Assembly: GCA_964016885.1 (NCBI GenBank)
Contig: OZ024742.1
Coordinates: 75,392,001-75,456,000, forward strand
DNA: 64,000 bases
Direction: 5' to 3'
From: Eledone cirrhosa
Taxonomy: Eukaryota
This document shows, one piece after another, positions 13,925 through 28,433 of this stretch (position 1 is its first letter; each line of letters starts with the position of its first letter). The notes beneath the pieces are model-generated. The model was not told the DNA's origin and searched no databases. It saw nothing but the letters and a program-made list of their open reading frames with translations. The translations under genes were made by a program, and so were the position numbers.

Positions 13925-16294
13925 ATAAATAATCAAAAGTGTGCCTTACATTGCTCGGAAAGAGTTTTTGGGGTTAAATCCACGTCAAGGTTCATTGCTC
14001 GCAAAAATAGCTTGTTTTGATTTTGCAGCAGGTCAAGGGAGGTAACTCGGGCCGGTGTTAGGGCAGTCTTTCCCGGACAAATTTTTTTTTATCCGCTACG
14101 AGATGAGGTTACAACCTTACCATTGTCGATACGCATGTAATCAACGCTTATTTTGAGATTTTTTTTTTTTGCTGCATCTGTCTGTCTGAGTCGTTTGAGG
14201 CTGGGTCTGGTATGCAAGGATAGTTTCCTGGGTGTTATTTTGCAGCGCCTGCCCGCCGGGGTGTTAAGACCTGTTGCAGGGAGATCCTTTGCACGGTTTC
14301 ACTCCTCATCCTTAACCCATCTGAAGAAGGATATTTTTAAGCGATGTGTAAAACATATCGCTGTTTCAGTTCTGCTGTTGATTAGCTCGTGGGGTGCAGT
14401 TATGATGTGGTAGAGCTCCAGAGGCAAAGATCGCATTTCCTCTTAAAGTTGTACGGTGCAGCCCTGCCGACAATATCCCAGTGCGTGGAGAAGCTGATGT
14501 GGAGAAGTCCTTTAGTGCTGTGATGTAGTCCGCGAGCGAAGTGCAGTGTCTTAGTTTTTTATTTGCGAAAGAGTGGAGATGTGTTCGAAACCTTATTTTG
14601 AACGGGCCGGAGGTAGCCTATATAATGTTTAACGCTATTGTAGCTAGTTACAGTGCATCTATATATAACCCTCTAAGGGGGCAGCGTCCTCTGACGCGGC
14701 AGTTGCAATTTTTGTCGCGGTTGCCTCTATTTCCCACGGTAAGGCTATCATTGTTGCTGCCTACGTTGTTACCCACGCTACCGCAGCTGTCGTTACCAAC
14801 ATTACAACCCACAGCACACGGGGTGGTGCGATTGTTATTCCGCACGTCATGTCCTGCATGTTCGCCAGTCATTTCGCGGTTATGCTGGTTGCGTCTGCGG
14901 ATGCCGTTGCCAACACTATTCGATGCTGCCAGGGAGTTGTTAAGGCCGATATAGTTATTGTCAGGTGTAGGTGCGTGTGAATCGAAGTGCTGTGTCTTGG
15001 TGATCTTACTGTGGTTCGTTGTTCCTATGATGTCTGCTAGGTTAGGAGTAGTAGAGAAGGATATTTTTATATTGTTCCTATTAAGAATTTTTCAAACCTA
15101 TGGATGGGCGGGAAGTTCTTCTCTAAGGCTTCGAAGAACATCCGGGGTATGTTGGAGTCCACACTCCGAGAGTAGGGGGTTGGAACCATAGGACGTTACG
15201 GTGGCGATTACGTGTCCTTGAACGTTTGCTACGGGTGGTTCCATCTAGGTGAGCGCTCTTATGTGTGTTAGTGCGCAGTCGCCCGTTCAGTGCCCCTTTC
15301 ACTTTATGCTCGGGTGCACTCTTCCTACCTCTTCTATGTTTATGTACAGGAAGATGTTGGTTGGAAGGCGTTGGTAGTAGGCCGTCGCCTTTGTTGGTTT
15401 TGTAATAGGGGAATAGTTCGAGTAATCTACAGTGGTCACCGTCGTCGGGGTCGTGATCTTTAGTGCGGTTATCTATTCTATTATATCCGAATTCAACGAC
15501 GTCGCCGCGTGATCGTTTATAGGTTTGGCTTACTATAACGTTCGTTTTATGAGGGGGTGGTTTCTAGAGCTAGCGTTAGGGATGTAGGAAATTCCTCGGT
15601 TAAAGTCGGCGCTTATCAAGGCCCTATTGTAGTAATCTGCCGCTTGGTTGAAGATATCCTAATTGGTGGATAGTCTCGAGATTCTATGTGAGATACTATA
15701 GACTATGGAGTTGAGAGTCTGCTTAGGGTGGTTGGAGGCATAATTAATATAAGAGAAGCACTCTCCAGGCTTATGGTATGGCTTGTATAAGCCCATACTC
15801 AACTCCAGGGTCACGTCCAGGAAGTTGACAACCTTGTGGTTGAGGTCCATAGTTACGGATAGGCCGTATGACTTGAATAACCTGTGTATATGTTTGTTAA
15901 GGTTCTCTATCCTACGGGGGCTATGGTTCCTAACGGTAAACAGGGCGTCGTCCCTACATACACCTCCTTGTAGGGCCGTTATCTCTTCCCTAAGCTTATG
16001 TAGGAGGTATATCCCGACCAGGTCAGTTGCTTGCGCTGAGTCACTGGACTCCATCGTGATATCGAAGTTATCAGGACGATTGGTTCTGGTCCAGTGGGAG
16101 CCTTCGAACTGGATAATGATTCTACGCGCCGCTAGAACTATGTCAATTTCTTTTTTAGTGAGGCTAGTGTTAGATGTAGCTAAGATAAGTGCCTTATTTA
16201 AGAGTATGGGGGAGATAGAGGCGTAGTAACTTGACGTGGATTTAACCCAAAAAACTATTTCCGAGAAATGTAAGGAACACTTTTTATTATTTAT

Positions 16295-16334
16295 GCCCTT
16301 GAGAAGCCCAACTGGGCGAAACGTACGTAGGTGC
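16295..16334 (+). ncRNA. Type I HHR motif, U3-A8 core variant (inverted pLTR copy)
   Basis: Identical motif to 13885-13924. Confidence 0.75.
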
Positions 16335-16389
16335 TGTTTTAAATAAACATGTTTTAACGGTCTATTCTCCGATTTCTTACTTTCCCACG

Positions 16390-16423
<34 letters not shown>

Positions 16424-17279
16424 TAGATAAAGGGAAACAGACGGACAGAAAAAGATTGGAATATCGAAAAATATGAATAACGATGAAAAAAAGGTATGTA
16501 GAAAATGGTGTTTACCCTGACATCGGAAATCAATATTTCTAAAGAAACGACCAATTATTATTTTGAACGTAAATTCACATAATTACTGGATGACTCATTA
16601 CATCTAGAAAGATCATCCGATATTATTGAATATATACACATTTCTACTGTTTTTGTTTTCATAGTAGTGAAAGTTATTGAAAATTTATCTTAAATGTTAT
16701 CTTTTTTCTGAATTACACCGTATGCGTGTCTATCTATGATTAACTCACTTTTGTCTACAATTTGGATAACTAGAATACTTGCTTACTTTGTAGTAATTAT
16801 TCGAAATTGGCAGCAGAACCTTTTTGCATCTCATTAATGACACAAATTTTGTGTGGGGTCAACAGTTAAAGCTGTAAATAGTTACATTTGTTAAGATTTT
16901 TTTCGCGATACAAACTAAAATTCACTATATAATTAACAAATTGGGTACAATTACAGGAATGTTATGGCGTGGTAGCAAATGCCTTGAAGTACAATGCTAT
17001 GTCGAATTTCTTTCTCGCAGCCGGAATCCGACCTTGGCTTTCATTCTTTATAGTTGATAAACATCAATCAAACAATTGGCTCTGTCCATTCTCTTAGAAA
17101 TTATTAATACTATAATTTCAATCGACTGTATTGATCCCACACACAATAAGTCAAGTACGTTTTCCTTCAATAACACACGATTTTAGTTCCATTGTATTTT
17201 GAAATTGCTTGACATCATTTACGTCATCAAAAGAGTATGAGAACGTGTGTTACTATCAAAACATTATTTCTATGCAGAT

Positions 17280-19960
17280 TAGTACATATTCTGCTCCTTC
17301 GCCCACTTATTCATGAAAGGATTGTTGGGGCAGAGTCCCCAAACACTCCTTTTAGCGGGTCCTATCAGAAGCAATCGTCCCCACCTGATTCGGCTGAATC
17401 CCCAAAGGAGACCAGTCAAACTCATGGATGTTATCGAAGCATCCTGACCCTGGGTTTTCTGTTGGCTGATTTTTCCCGTAATATCTGTCAAACAATTCTT
17501 TCATGAGACAGTCTAACCACATGTCCATAGTACCAGAGTTGTGATATGTCAATTCGGATTGACTCTCTGGTCTCTGAGCTATGCACTATATCGAGTAACT
17601 CTACTTCAAAGACCCTTTCGGAGGAACCCCATTATAGCCGCTTGTATTCGCGATCATATTCTTTCGGTCATTACACCTAATTCATGACCATAGGTAAGGA
17701 TTGAGACAAATAACGAATTGAAGACAGCAAGTTTGGCTTTTACACCTAACTCCATTCTTCTGATTATCGAAGTTTGAAGTTGGTGTATTACTGGATCAGC
17801 TCCTGCAATTCTAGCACTTAATTCAGCCTCCTGTCTTCCATCACCTATGAAATCGGTCCCGAGATACTTAAACATCCCCATCTGCTTCAGTGGCGCTCCA
17901 TTCACATGTAGAATGCACTACACAGGCTTACAGTTTTTGCAGCACTAATTTTGATTACAGCCATGCAGCACTGGGCATCAAACCTATCAAATGCAAGTCG
18001 GAGATTACCCTATATTGAGTTATGTAACACCATGTCGTCTGAAAATTGTAGCAGACAGTTTTTCCATCCGCCAATCCTGTTAATGAAAGTAACGAGCGGG
18101 AGAGGTGTCAGTACACACCTTTGGCGGTCTCCGACTTCCATATTTTATGGTTTCGTTTTACCACCATCCGAACACAAATTTTCGGGCATTTGTATAGAGA
18201 CATCAGGGCATCAAGAAGCTGACCATCAATCCCATACTCCTGCACAGCCTTCCACCGCGGGTCGCGCGGAAGATGGTCATATACGTTTTCGCGGTCAGCA
18301 AAACAAAAATGTACCTCTTGGCAATACTCACACGATTTCTCGAAACCTGCCGTGAATATTTGGTCAGCTGTGTAGCGTCCGGGGCGCAAACCACACAGTT
18401 TATCAGCTAACTTGGACTCAACAATCTCCTTACATCTCTTTGCCAGACTCATAGCATAGACTTTACCGAGGAGGCTTAAGTAGATCCCTCTGTAATTGGA
18501 GAAATCTCTCGTCTCCTTTTTTGAAAATTAGGATAATCATTCCCGATTGTCTTTGCTTAAGAGCCTTTCCAGAGATCCAGACCACCCGGGGTACAAGAGT
18601 CAGCCAGAGAATACCTTCTCTATTTAAGGCTTTTAAGATCCCGAACCGGATTTCATATTCCCCAGCAGCCTTGCTCCATTTGAGCTCTGTAACTGCTCTT
18701 GTGACCTAAGCCTCCGAGAGATTAACCACCGCTTGGGGTTAGGGGATTAGCAAAATAGTCTCTATACCTCGCGCAGATGCACACCTCTCTGAAAAGAGGA
18801 GAACACCAGATGCGTTCCTGATAGTATTTGTGGAGGAGGACGTCTTTTTACGAAGTAGGCGGATAGTCTGCCAGAACACCTTAATTGCTGATCTGAAGTC
18901 GGATTCCAGCTTAACCCCAAAGTCCTCCAATGTCTTAACTTTGGATGCGTTTCTGTCTCTGCTGCGATTCTTCGTGCCGGCTTGTACTGCAAGTACAAGG
19001 AGGACTTATTTCCAAGCCAAGCTTTCTAGGCCCCCTTCTTTTTCTTTACTTGGATGGCACCTTTGACCTTGACTGAACCAAGCAGTATTCCTGCTACCCG
19101 GCTCCAGACCAAGTCTATTTTGCCCGCAGCATTTAAGAGCCAGAAGCAGAAACTGCTGAGCTGAACAATCTCTACTCTGTCTCAATGTCGTCAGTTTGCG
19201 CAGAAAGTTCTCTAAATTTGGATGTAATAGTATCTGCATACCTGGTCCTCTCATCCTTTTCTTGCCACTATATCTTGTAGGTCAGCCTGGACCTGCCAGA
19301 TTTGTGGGCATCTTTAGTTTTAGCTAGTCTCAAGTTGCAAATAACTAGATGGTGATCAGTTGATACCTCAGGCCCTCCCTTAACACAAACATCCAGCACA
19401 GAATCGAAGGGATTAGAGACAATGATTCTCTTTATACCACGTATATTTTTGGGTGTCTCTGTGCTAGAAGTTTAATCAGGCCTCAACATTCGTATTAAGA
19501 TTGAGGTCACCGTTCATTCCAATCACCCCTATGAATATCAGGTGGTTAGTGCCAGCATATGCTTTGAAGTCTCCGATCACGATATATGACTCAGTCGTTA
19601 CGACGTCTAACTCTGCAGTGAATTCATCAAGGAAGGGTCTGTATTTGGACTCCTTGTTTGGTGCATAAACTTATACCACACACACAGATATATCTTTCAG
19701 CTTGAGCTTCAGGAGGCAATTCCTCCCTCATAATGGTATCCAGTTCATAAGACATTCTGATACCCTAGTGATTGTGAGCACCCCCCCCCCGCCCACACAC
19801 ACACTTGTGGAGTTCTTCTGGCGCCACACCTGAATAGTGATTTTCCATCATCCATCAAAATCTACAGTCCTAGGGCCAAGGTAGCATCTAGGCTCCTCCA
19901 CAAGTTCCTGCTCTTTAGTTGTAAACGTTGTGATGTTCCAAGTTCTAATTTTCAGTGTTT
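17280..19960 (-). mobile_element. Degenerate RTE-like LINE (APE and RT)
   Basis: Minus strand LKIRTWNITT near 19950, VYAPN and IGDF, LSLLGKVY, CGLRPGRYTADQIF, FKYLG, SILTYGHE. Many stops. Confidence 0.85.
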
Positions 19961-21027
19961 CCTGCCTTCCACTTAGAGGTTTCTTTGTGCGTCTATCCCA
20001 CTCCTCCCAGAGCAGGTTGAAGACCTATCGCTAGGTTTTGTGGCATTAATTGGAGGCTGCAATATATTTTTCGAAAAGACCCCTCTACTTAAACCTTAAT
20101 GTGTCTCTTGTTAACCCACGCGAAGGACGGTGTGGTATGGTTCTTTTTCGTATCTCTTACTATCTTTGGTGGTCTTATTCACGCCCGTTACCAATCTGTT
20201 AACTTCTGTTTAAGGCTTGGCCTTTTTAGAGGCGGCCTTTACTCACCTCGTCATAGCTACATCACTGGGTTGTGAGAGTATTCTTGGGAGCTACAAGTGT
20301 CACCCAATACTCCATCTCCGATAGTAATTTATCGCTGTTGGTCCGTGATTGTTTATTCGTCCGGCAGGTGCCCGCTTATACCGCAACTAACCATTATATC
20401 TGGTTATTCTCTCGATATCCGCCACCCGCGACACGTTCTCTAGTAGAACTGCTCTGCCGAAAAAGATCAATTATTAAACCAAAACGAAAATTACCTATAT
20501 AGTTAAATGTTGTTCATGTGTAATTCTGGCAATTTCAGATCGACAATATATAACATCAAAACAGTTCTAACTGTGATCAACTTTTTTTTACAGGTAGTGG
20601 TCTATCATACATTATATTCTTTAATGATTTTACAGCTGTAAAGTGTATCTTTGATGAAATTGTGGCTGTAGTTCCTAGTTTCTAGAGACTACATCGTGAA
20701 TACTACATGGCTTCGTAATTATATTTTGAAAACGGAGTTAAATGGAAAAACTTGTTCAATGTAGATCTAAATATCAAATTGCCAAATACATCACAGTCTC
20801 AACATTCCTATTCTTTGATATTAGCGATTTATTTTCTGCAATCGTTTGAAAAGAAGTGTTTTACCTTGAAATATTACGAAGAAATATATCAACGATAAAC
20901 ATTATTATGTTTTCTTTTGTCATCCATTTACCACAATGCCACATTTATATTTCTATCCGCAACTTACGAGCATTCCTAACAAATCATCATTTATTACATA
21001 TCCCTGAATGATTCATGTAAACTATAC

Positions 21028-21106
<79 letters not shown>

Positions 21107-21224
21107 AATATATATATATATATATATTCACAAACACACACACACACATATATATATAATATGTTAAGAAAGTATAGATATTCTTATTTTATGTATAACA
21201 GACATCTACAGAACTTGCAGTGAT

Positions 21225-21294
21225 TCATTCGTATGAAATCATCAAGGAAGTCCTGATAATTTCATACGAATGAGACAACTCTAGTCTTGTAGAA
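21225..21294. repeat. Palindromic back-to-back HHR-like motif, degenerate
   Basis: tcattcgtatgaaatcatcaagga-ag-tcctgataatttcatacgaatga-gacaactctagtcttgtagaa. Confidence 0.65.
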
Positions 21295-21333
21295 GTCATT
21301 TCTCTCTCGCTTTGTCTGTCTGTCTGTCTGTCA

Positions 21334-21464
<131 letters not shown>

Positions 21465-21547
21465 GGTGTGTATGTGTGTGTGTTAGGAAGTGCGCTAAGC
21501 AAACGAAGTGTACGATAAAGTTATATCTGTAGATATAACGCATTTCC

Positions 21548-21636
<89 letters not shown>

Positions 21637-21642
<6 letters not shown>

Positions 21643-23581
21643 TCTAGAGAAAAATACTGCAGGTAGCACATGGGTAACATGTAGTAAAATAAGTCCCTCA
21701 TCAGTGATTTGCCGAAGATCATAGATATTTCATTGCATTAAAAATCATATATCTCACTTCGGTGCAATAATAACCAAAATAAGTTATTAGGACAATTAAA
21801 ACGCGTAAAGCGAGTGAGACAGGAGAACAACAGAAAATATAGCATACCGTAAGGGAGAAACAAGCTTCAAAAATTATTCTGTTTAGCGTAAGCTAGGTGA
21901 ATATATGAGCGCTTAGAGAATAGAACCTACACGAACGAGGGCTATGAGCAGAGAGAGAAAAAATAGCGTTCGTGAGTGCAGGATGAAATGAAGAGAAGAG
22001 AGAGAAAAACAGTGAGTGAGTGAGTGAAAGTGTGAGGAAGAGTTAACGGACAAGACAAAGGGGGAGAAACAGAGAGAATGGGGGAACAGTAAGAGAGAGA
22101 GAAAAAACACAGAATCTCAGTGGTAAATATATGTATTAAAATATAGAGAAAAATACTGCAGGTAGCACATGGGTAACATGTAATAAAATAAGTCCCTCAT
22201 CAGTGATTTGCCGAAGATCATAGATATTTCATTGCATTAAAAATCATATATCTCACTTCGGTGCAATAATAACCAAAATAAGTTATTAGGACAATTAAAA
22301 CGCGTAAAGCGAGTGAGACAGGAGAACAACAGAAAATATAGCATACCGTAGGGGAGAAACAAGCTTCAAAAATTATTCTGTTTAGCGTAAGCTAGGTGAA
22401 TATATGAGCGCTTAGAGAATAGAACCTACACGAACGAGGGTTATGAGCAGAGAGAGAAAAATTAGCGTTCGTGAGTGCAGGATGAAATGAAGAGAAGAGA
22501 TAGAAAAACAATGAGTGAGTGGTGAGGAAGAGTTAACGGACAAGACAGAGGGGGAGAAACAGAGAGAATGGGGGAACAGTAAGAGAGAGAGAAAAAACAC
22601 AGAATCTCAGTGGTAAATATATGTATTAAAATATAGAGAAAAATACTGCAGGTAGCACATGGGTAACGTAATAAAATAAGTCCCTCATCAGTGATTTGCC
22701 GAAGATCATAGATATTTCATTGCATTAAAAATCATATATCTCACTTCGGTGCAATAATAACCAAAATAAGTTATTAGGACAATTAAAACGCGTAAAGCGA
22801 GTGAGACAGGAGAACAACAGAAAATATAGCATACCTTAGGGGAGAAACAAGCTTCAAAAATTATTCTGTTTAGCGTAAGCTAGGTGAATATATGAGCGCT
22901 TAGAGAATAGAACCTACACGAACGAGGGCTATGAGCAGAGAGAGAAAAAATAGCGTTCGTGAGTGCAGGATGAAATGAAGAGAAGAGAGAGAAAAACAGT
23001 GAGTGAGTGAAAGTGTGAGGAAGAGTTAACGGACAAGACAGAGGGGGAGAAACAGAGAGAATGGGGGAACAGTAAGAGAGAGAGAAAAAACACAGAATCG
23101 CAGTGGTAAATATATGTATTAAAATATAGAGAAAAATACTGCAGGTAGCACATGGGTAACATGTAATAAAATAAGTCCCTCATCAGTGATTTGCCGAAGA
23201 TCATAGATATTTCATTGCATTAAAAATCATATATCTCACTTCGGTGCAATAATAACCAAAATAAGTTATTAGGACAATTAAAACGCGTAAAGCGAGTGAG
23301 ACAGGAGAACAACAGAAAATATAGCATACCGTAGGGGAGAAACAAGCTTCAAAAATTATTCTGTTTAGCGTAAGCTAGGTGAATATATGAGCGCTTAGAG
23401 AATAGAACCTACACGAACGAGGGCTATGAGCAAAGAGAGAAAAAATAGCGTTCGTGAGTGCAGGATGAAATGAAGAGAAGAGAGAGAAAAACAGTGAGTG
23501 AGTGAAAGTGTGAGGAAGAGTTAACGGACAAGACAGAGGGGGAGAAACAGAGAGAATGGGGGAACAGTAAGAGAGAGAGAA
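21637..23581 (-). repeat. Four tandem ~495-bp units (pLTR-like) flanked by (TA)n
   Basis: aaaatactgcaggtagcacatggg recurs at ~21651, 22150, 22640 and 23133. Each unit has CTGATGAggga on the minus strand. Confidence 0.92.
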
Positions 23582-23652
<71 letters not shown>

Positions 23653-23717
23653 TATATATATTCTGTTTACCTTTTACATACATATATATCTATATACATA
23701 TATATACGATATTAATT

Positions 23718-24150
23718 TAACAATGGAAATAATAACAACAAAGTAAAAGTTATTTTAGCTATACATATCATTGTTTTACGATCGTTTCGGAGGGTTGATC
23801 ATATTGATATATTGACTGAACTATAGCAGTTTTATCTTTCCGATTGTTTCGGAAGAAGACGGTCTGATCGAATCTATATATGAAGTCAGATAGTATACAG
23901 TTATATAACGGCTACAGAACAGTCAATACATCAATATGTCAATATAATCACCCCCTGAAACGATCGTAAAACAATGATATGAATAGGTAAAATAACTTGA
24001 CTTTGTTGTTATTATTTTCTTTGTTATCGAACATCAGACTTTATATCTATGGAATTAACTCAGCGGAACACGGAACCTTTCTATGGATTTCACTGTTTTA
24101 TTCGCTATCAGATTACATTGAGGTCTATCTACGGTACGGACCCTACCACA
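23718..24150 (+). mobile_element. Short PLE-type insertion: inverted repeat (~23718-23817 / ~23920-24026) plus tail
   Basis: Both arms carry GAAAC-GATC-GTA (3' half of a minimal HHR). Flanked by (TA)n. Confidence 0.7.
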
Positions 24151-24896
24151 TTTAAATATATATATATATATGTGTGTGTTTGTGTATGTGTGTGTGTGTA
24201 AATGGAAAACATAATAAACACCTTTAATCGATTTTCGTTCCTAGATGAGTCTACAATATGTGTATATCATCTAAAGAACCACAAGGATACAAGTATTTAA
24301 TGGGCTTATATACCCATTCTCTCATAGTAATGTTCTGAAATAGACGTACTAATTTTCATATAATTAGCGCTCTAGTTTGTAGTTAATTCAGATATACATT
24401 TTGAAATTCGCAAAGCAGCCAAAGCGTACGATAAAGAGATATCTGTACATATACACATTGGTTTATCGAAACTGCACCAATTTAAACGGAACTTCGTATT
24501 CTGGCATGTTTATATGTCTATATAATAATATAAGTATATATTTAAATATACACACAGACTTGATGTTTCCAGTTCGTTTAGAATCACACAAATTTAGCAT
24601 CCTCATTGCGAGTTAATTTTTTTTTAATTTAGCAACACTCCTGGCAACCGGAAGTGAAACCTAGACGGATAATTATGACGGTCAATCAATGTCAAAATTA
24701 TAGCTGATAAATTAGGGTTTCTAAATTTATATATTTATCAATAAATATTTTATAGAAACGTCTAGGTCAGTGAAGAAATGCTAAATGAAAGTAGGGACAC
24801 CAAACTTTGATTGATCCCCTGAAGGTATACATACATACACACACAGACATACACAGACAGATAAACACGCACACACACACGCATTCACAGAGTCAG

Positions 24897-24976
<80 letters not shown>

Positions 24977-24985
24977 GTATGTATA

Positions 24986-25070
<85 letters not shown>

Positions 25071-25469
25071 TTCGTTTCTGAATTTGTTTAGCAAGATTCT
25101 TTATCTGAAATCGTGTGTTGAAACCGATATTGTTATACTTTGGGAGGGTCATGTTGCCAATAAGAAACACACGCACCAGTCGTTTTCACTTCAATTTATT
25201 ATAATAAATTTATAATAAATTTATAATAAATTTATAAATTTATAAATTTCTGGTTGGTTGGTTCCACAACCAGATAGTTGTTTATATATTGTCATAGTTC
25301 TTTCGTCACACACTCTATGACCTCTTCAGTGACTCGGGATTCCTTTCTTTGTTTCTGTGCCTCTCCTTTGTTCTGTCCTACGCCATTTTGTTTTCAGAGG
25401 AATGCAGAACATTATTTTTATATAAGTTCCCAGTGTCCCCGCATTGCCTGGAAACTTACCTGAGAATAG

Positions 25470-25548
25470 ACTCCCTGATGACGTAAGGCTTCTCTATAGT
25501 TATTACGTAACTATATTTATCCCCTTACAGAAACTAATTAGTTGGAGT
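25470..25548 (+). ncRNA. Type I HHR motif with extended stem II
   Basis: actcc-CTGATGA-c-gtaagg...ccttac-a-GAAA-ctaattag-TT-ggagt. Stem I perfect, stem III palindrome aactaattagtt. Confidence 0.82.
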
Positions 25549-25991
25549 GAAATTTTAGTAAGTAAGTCAATTTTCATAACTTTCTTATTTACGTCTTTCA
25601 TATAATTATTCTGCATTACCCTGCATAGAACCACAAAGTTACTAGGACAAAACATATATATCTGCTAGCATGGGTATGCATCTGTATACATATGTCGGTA
25701 GATATATTAATTCTTTATAATTATCTCCAAATTATTCGTAGAGCAAAATTTGCCAAATTACTACTGTGACCGATAGTAGTAGCTAGGCTCTGTCTTAATA
25801 GCACCCCTACTCCAAGCTGGTTAACCTCAGTGTCACGTGATTGATTCTTTTGAATTTGCCACTTGACCAAGAAGGCAGTGAATTTTTCAATGGCTAGGAA
25901 TCTAGCCCCGCTCGCTTTTTTCCATCCACTGAATTATTTTTTTATGAGTCCCCAGTGTCCCCGCATTGCCTGGAAACTTAGCTGAGAATAG

Positions 25992-26070
25992 ACTCCCTGA
26001 TGACGTAAGGCTTCTCTATAGTTATTACGTAACTATATTTATCCCCTTACAGAAACTAATTAGTTGGAGT
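25992..26070 (+). ncRNA. Type I HHR motif, second copy
   Basis: Identical to 25470-25548. Confidence 0.82.
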
Positions 26071-26271
26071 GAAATTTTAGTAAGTAAGTCAATTTTCATA
26101 ACTTTCTTATTTACGTCTTTCATATAATTGTTCTGCATTCCCCTGCATAGAACCACAAAGTTACTAAGACAAAACATATATATCTGCTAGTATAGGTATG
26201 CATCTGTATACATATGTCGGTAGATATATTAATTCTTTATATATATATATATATAACTGGCAATACGTCTG

Positions 26272-26541
26272 TTAAAACGATAAGTGTTCCAGTTGATTCG
26301 AACAACGGAATAGCCTGCTCGTGATATTAACATGAAAGCGACTGAGCATTCCACAGATACGCGTACTATCAACATAATTCTCAGGGAGATTCAGCATGAA
26401 ACAGAATGTGACATGGCTGGCCCTTTGAATTACGGGCACAACGTATTTTTGACAGCTGAGTGGACTGGAGCAACGCACCGCGGGTAAACTCATGACTTTA
26501 AGATTGTGAGTCAAATACCTTAACCAAAAAGCCACGCGCCT
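26272..26541 (-). mobile_element. tRNA-derived SINE
   Basis: Minus-strand head aggcgcgtggctttttggttaaggtatttgactcacaatc with degenerate A/B boxes, then body ttgctccagtccactcagctg. Confidence 0.65.
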
Positions 26542-28136
26542 TTAAACATACATACATATATACATACATACATACATACATACATACATACATACATACA
26601 TACATACATACATACATACATGCATGCATGCATGCATGCATACATACATACATACATACATACATACATACATACATACATACATACATACATACATACA
26701 TACATACATAGAGTAGTTCATAATGAAGGTATGTACGATACACTTATGTATAATAAACAAACATGAGCTTCGCTATAAGTGCTTTCAGGCGTGATCGTGT
26801 CTGAATAGTACTGTGCGATCGTCAGACATGTTCACAATTGTGTTAGAAAACATTTGCACCTGGCTTCCCACAGTAGGACAAAACCACAAGCCGCCTTGTT
26901 CTAAAGCTGACAATGTGAAACTATTATTTCATCTAACAGTTCAACGGAAGCTTTTGTAACACCCTTTAGTAATACAGAACTGATTTGTGGCTGTACTTAT
27001 AAATGAAGATATTTTGAACATTCTGTCGGCTACTGCAAATTATGATATTCTTAATTATACAAGATCAGTATTTAGTAGAGATTGAAAGGACTTCAACTTT
27101 TTAACGTTTGCGTCTCTGAATTTGTATGATTGTTCACATAACCGGTAATTCTAGTATATATGGCAAACAGTCCTGGATTACATAGATTAACTACGTTCAT
27201 ATATAACTGGCAATAGTCATTACTGACTACACTGGTATACTAAAAAAATCAAATTTAAACTTTTCTTGTTTAAACTATATTATTGGGTTTCTAAATACGT
27301 ACAGAACTCTTTAAGCATGATTTTAACTGATTATTTTCATTCACAAGGCATTAAAGCTTGTATTTAATATATTAAGTAGTTCAATGCATTAATTCATTGT
27401 TTAAGGCATTTAAACATTTTTCTTTTCAAAAATAACAAATTGCTGATATATAAATACTTGATAATCTTACAATAGGAAAATAAATTCACTTACAATTGAT
27501 TATTTTAAATTATTTAGCATTCAACCTTGATTTATTTTTAGGTCATTCAATTTGTATATATGTGCGCGTTTCTTTGTTTGTGTGTATATATGTGTGTGCA
27601 TGTATGTGTGTGTATGCGTGTATGTGTGTGTGCGTTTATGTATGTGTGTCTGTATTTATGTATATGTATGTGCGTGTACGCGCCCATGTATGTGTATTCA
27701 CTCATGATTAACTTCTATTGAAAATAGCTGAAAGAATATTACTATATTTCATTTACTTTAATTTTATTGATTCTGTTTGGAGATATAAAAAAAGTTAGCG
27801 AGAAAAGATATAAGATAAAGTGAATGTTATATTAACTCTTACGCCCATAGTCTCATAAGGCTGGAGCTTATTCTTATTTCATTGTCGTTAAATTACTGAG
27901 AGTACGGGTTTCCCTGTCTAGATGGGCGTAGGCGAAACATTATGTGAGAAGTAAAACTTTTTTCTAACGACCTGCAACTCCACCATTTATTCATTTTGCT
28001 TATACCTGCTCTGCTTGAACGCTTCATTAAATATAATCCCCTCTTTAATATTTAACAGTGCTAACCCAAGCATCGAGCCCATCTTGCTTCGGCTATCGGC
28101 ATTTATTATACTGTATCACACCTATCTCTCTCTCTC

Positions 28137-28226
<90 letters not shown>

Positions 28227-28264
28227 CTCTCTTACGGTACATATATCCTCTCAATATAGATATA

Positions 28265-28319
<55 letters not shown>

Positions 28320-28433
28320 AGTATATTTGGCAATATAATGTATGCTTAATTAAAAACATTTTGAAGACCTTACGCTATTGTTTTAAAGTAGTGAGTATGT
28401 CACTTACTTCTTTTTTCAACAAACAAAGGGAGA

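Larger units (their letters stand above)
13690..16388 (-). mobile_element. Penelope-like element (Naiad-like), 5'-truncated, with inverted pseudo-LTR copies at 13831-13989 and 16230-16388
   Basis: RT motifs DLVGIYLL, GVCRDD, VNFLDVTL and YINYASNHP. Endonuclease CNCRVRGRCPL. ~158-bp inverted repeat at the ends. Confidence 0.9.
25428..26240 (+). repeat. Two direct ~290-bp pLTR-like repeats, period 522 bp
   Basis: cccagtgtccccgcattgcctgg...ttctttata at ~25429-25718 and ~25951-26240. Confidence 0.9.

Noticed and set aside
21637-23581. Regularly spaced repeats as a CRISPR array
   Set aside because: Whole ~495-bp units repeat with no unique spacers, there are no cas genes, and the context is eukaryotic.
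24640-24660. ETS-like ccggaagtg next to tggcaac as a promoter
   Set aside because: Short motifs expected by chance, with no associated gene.
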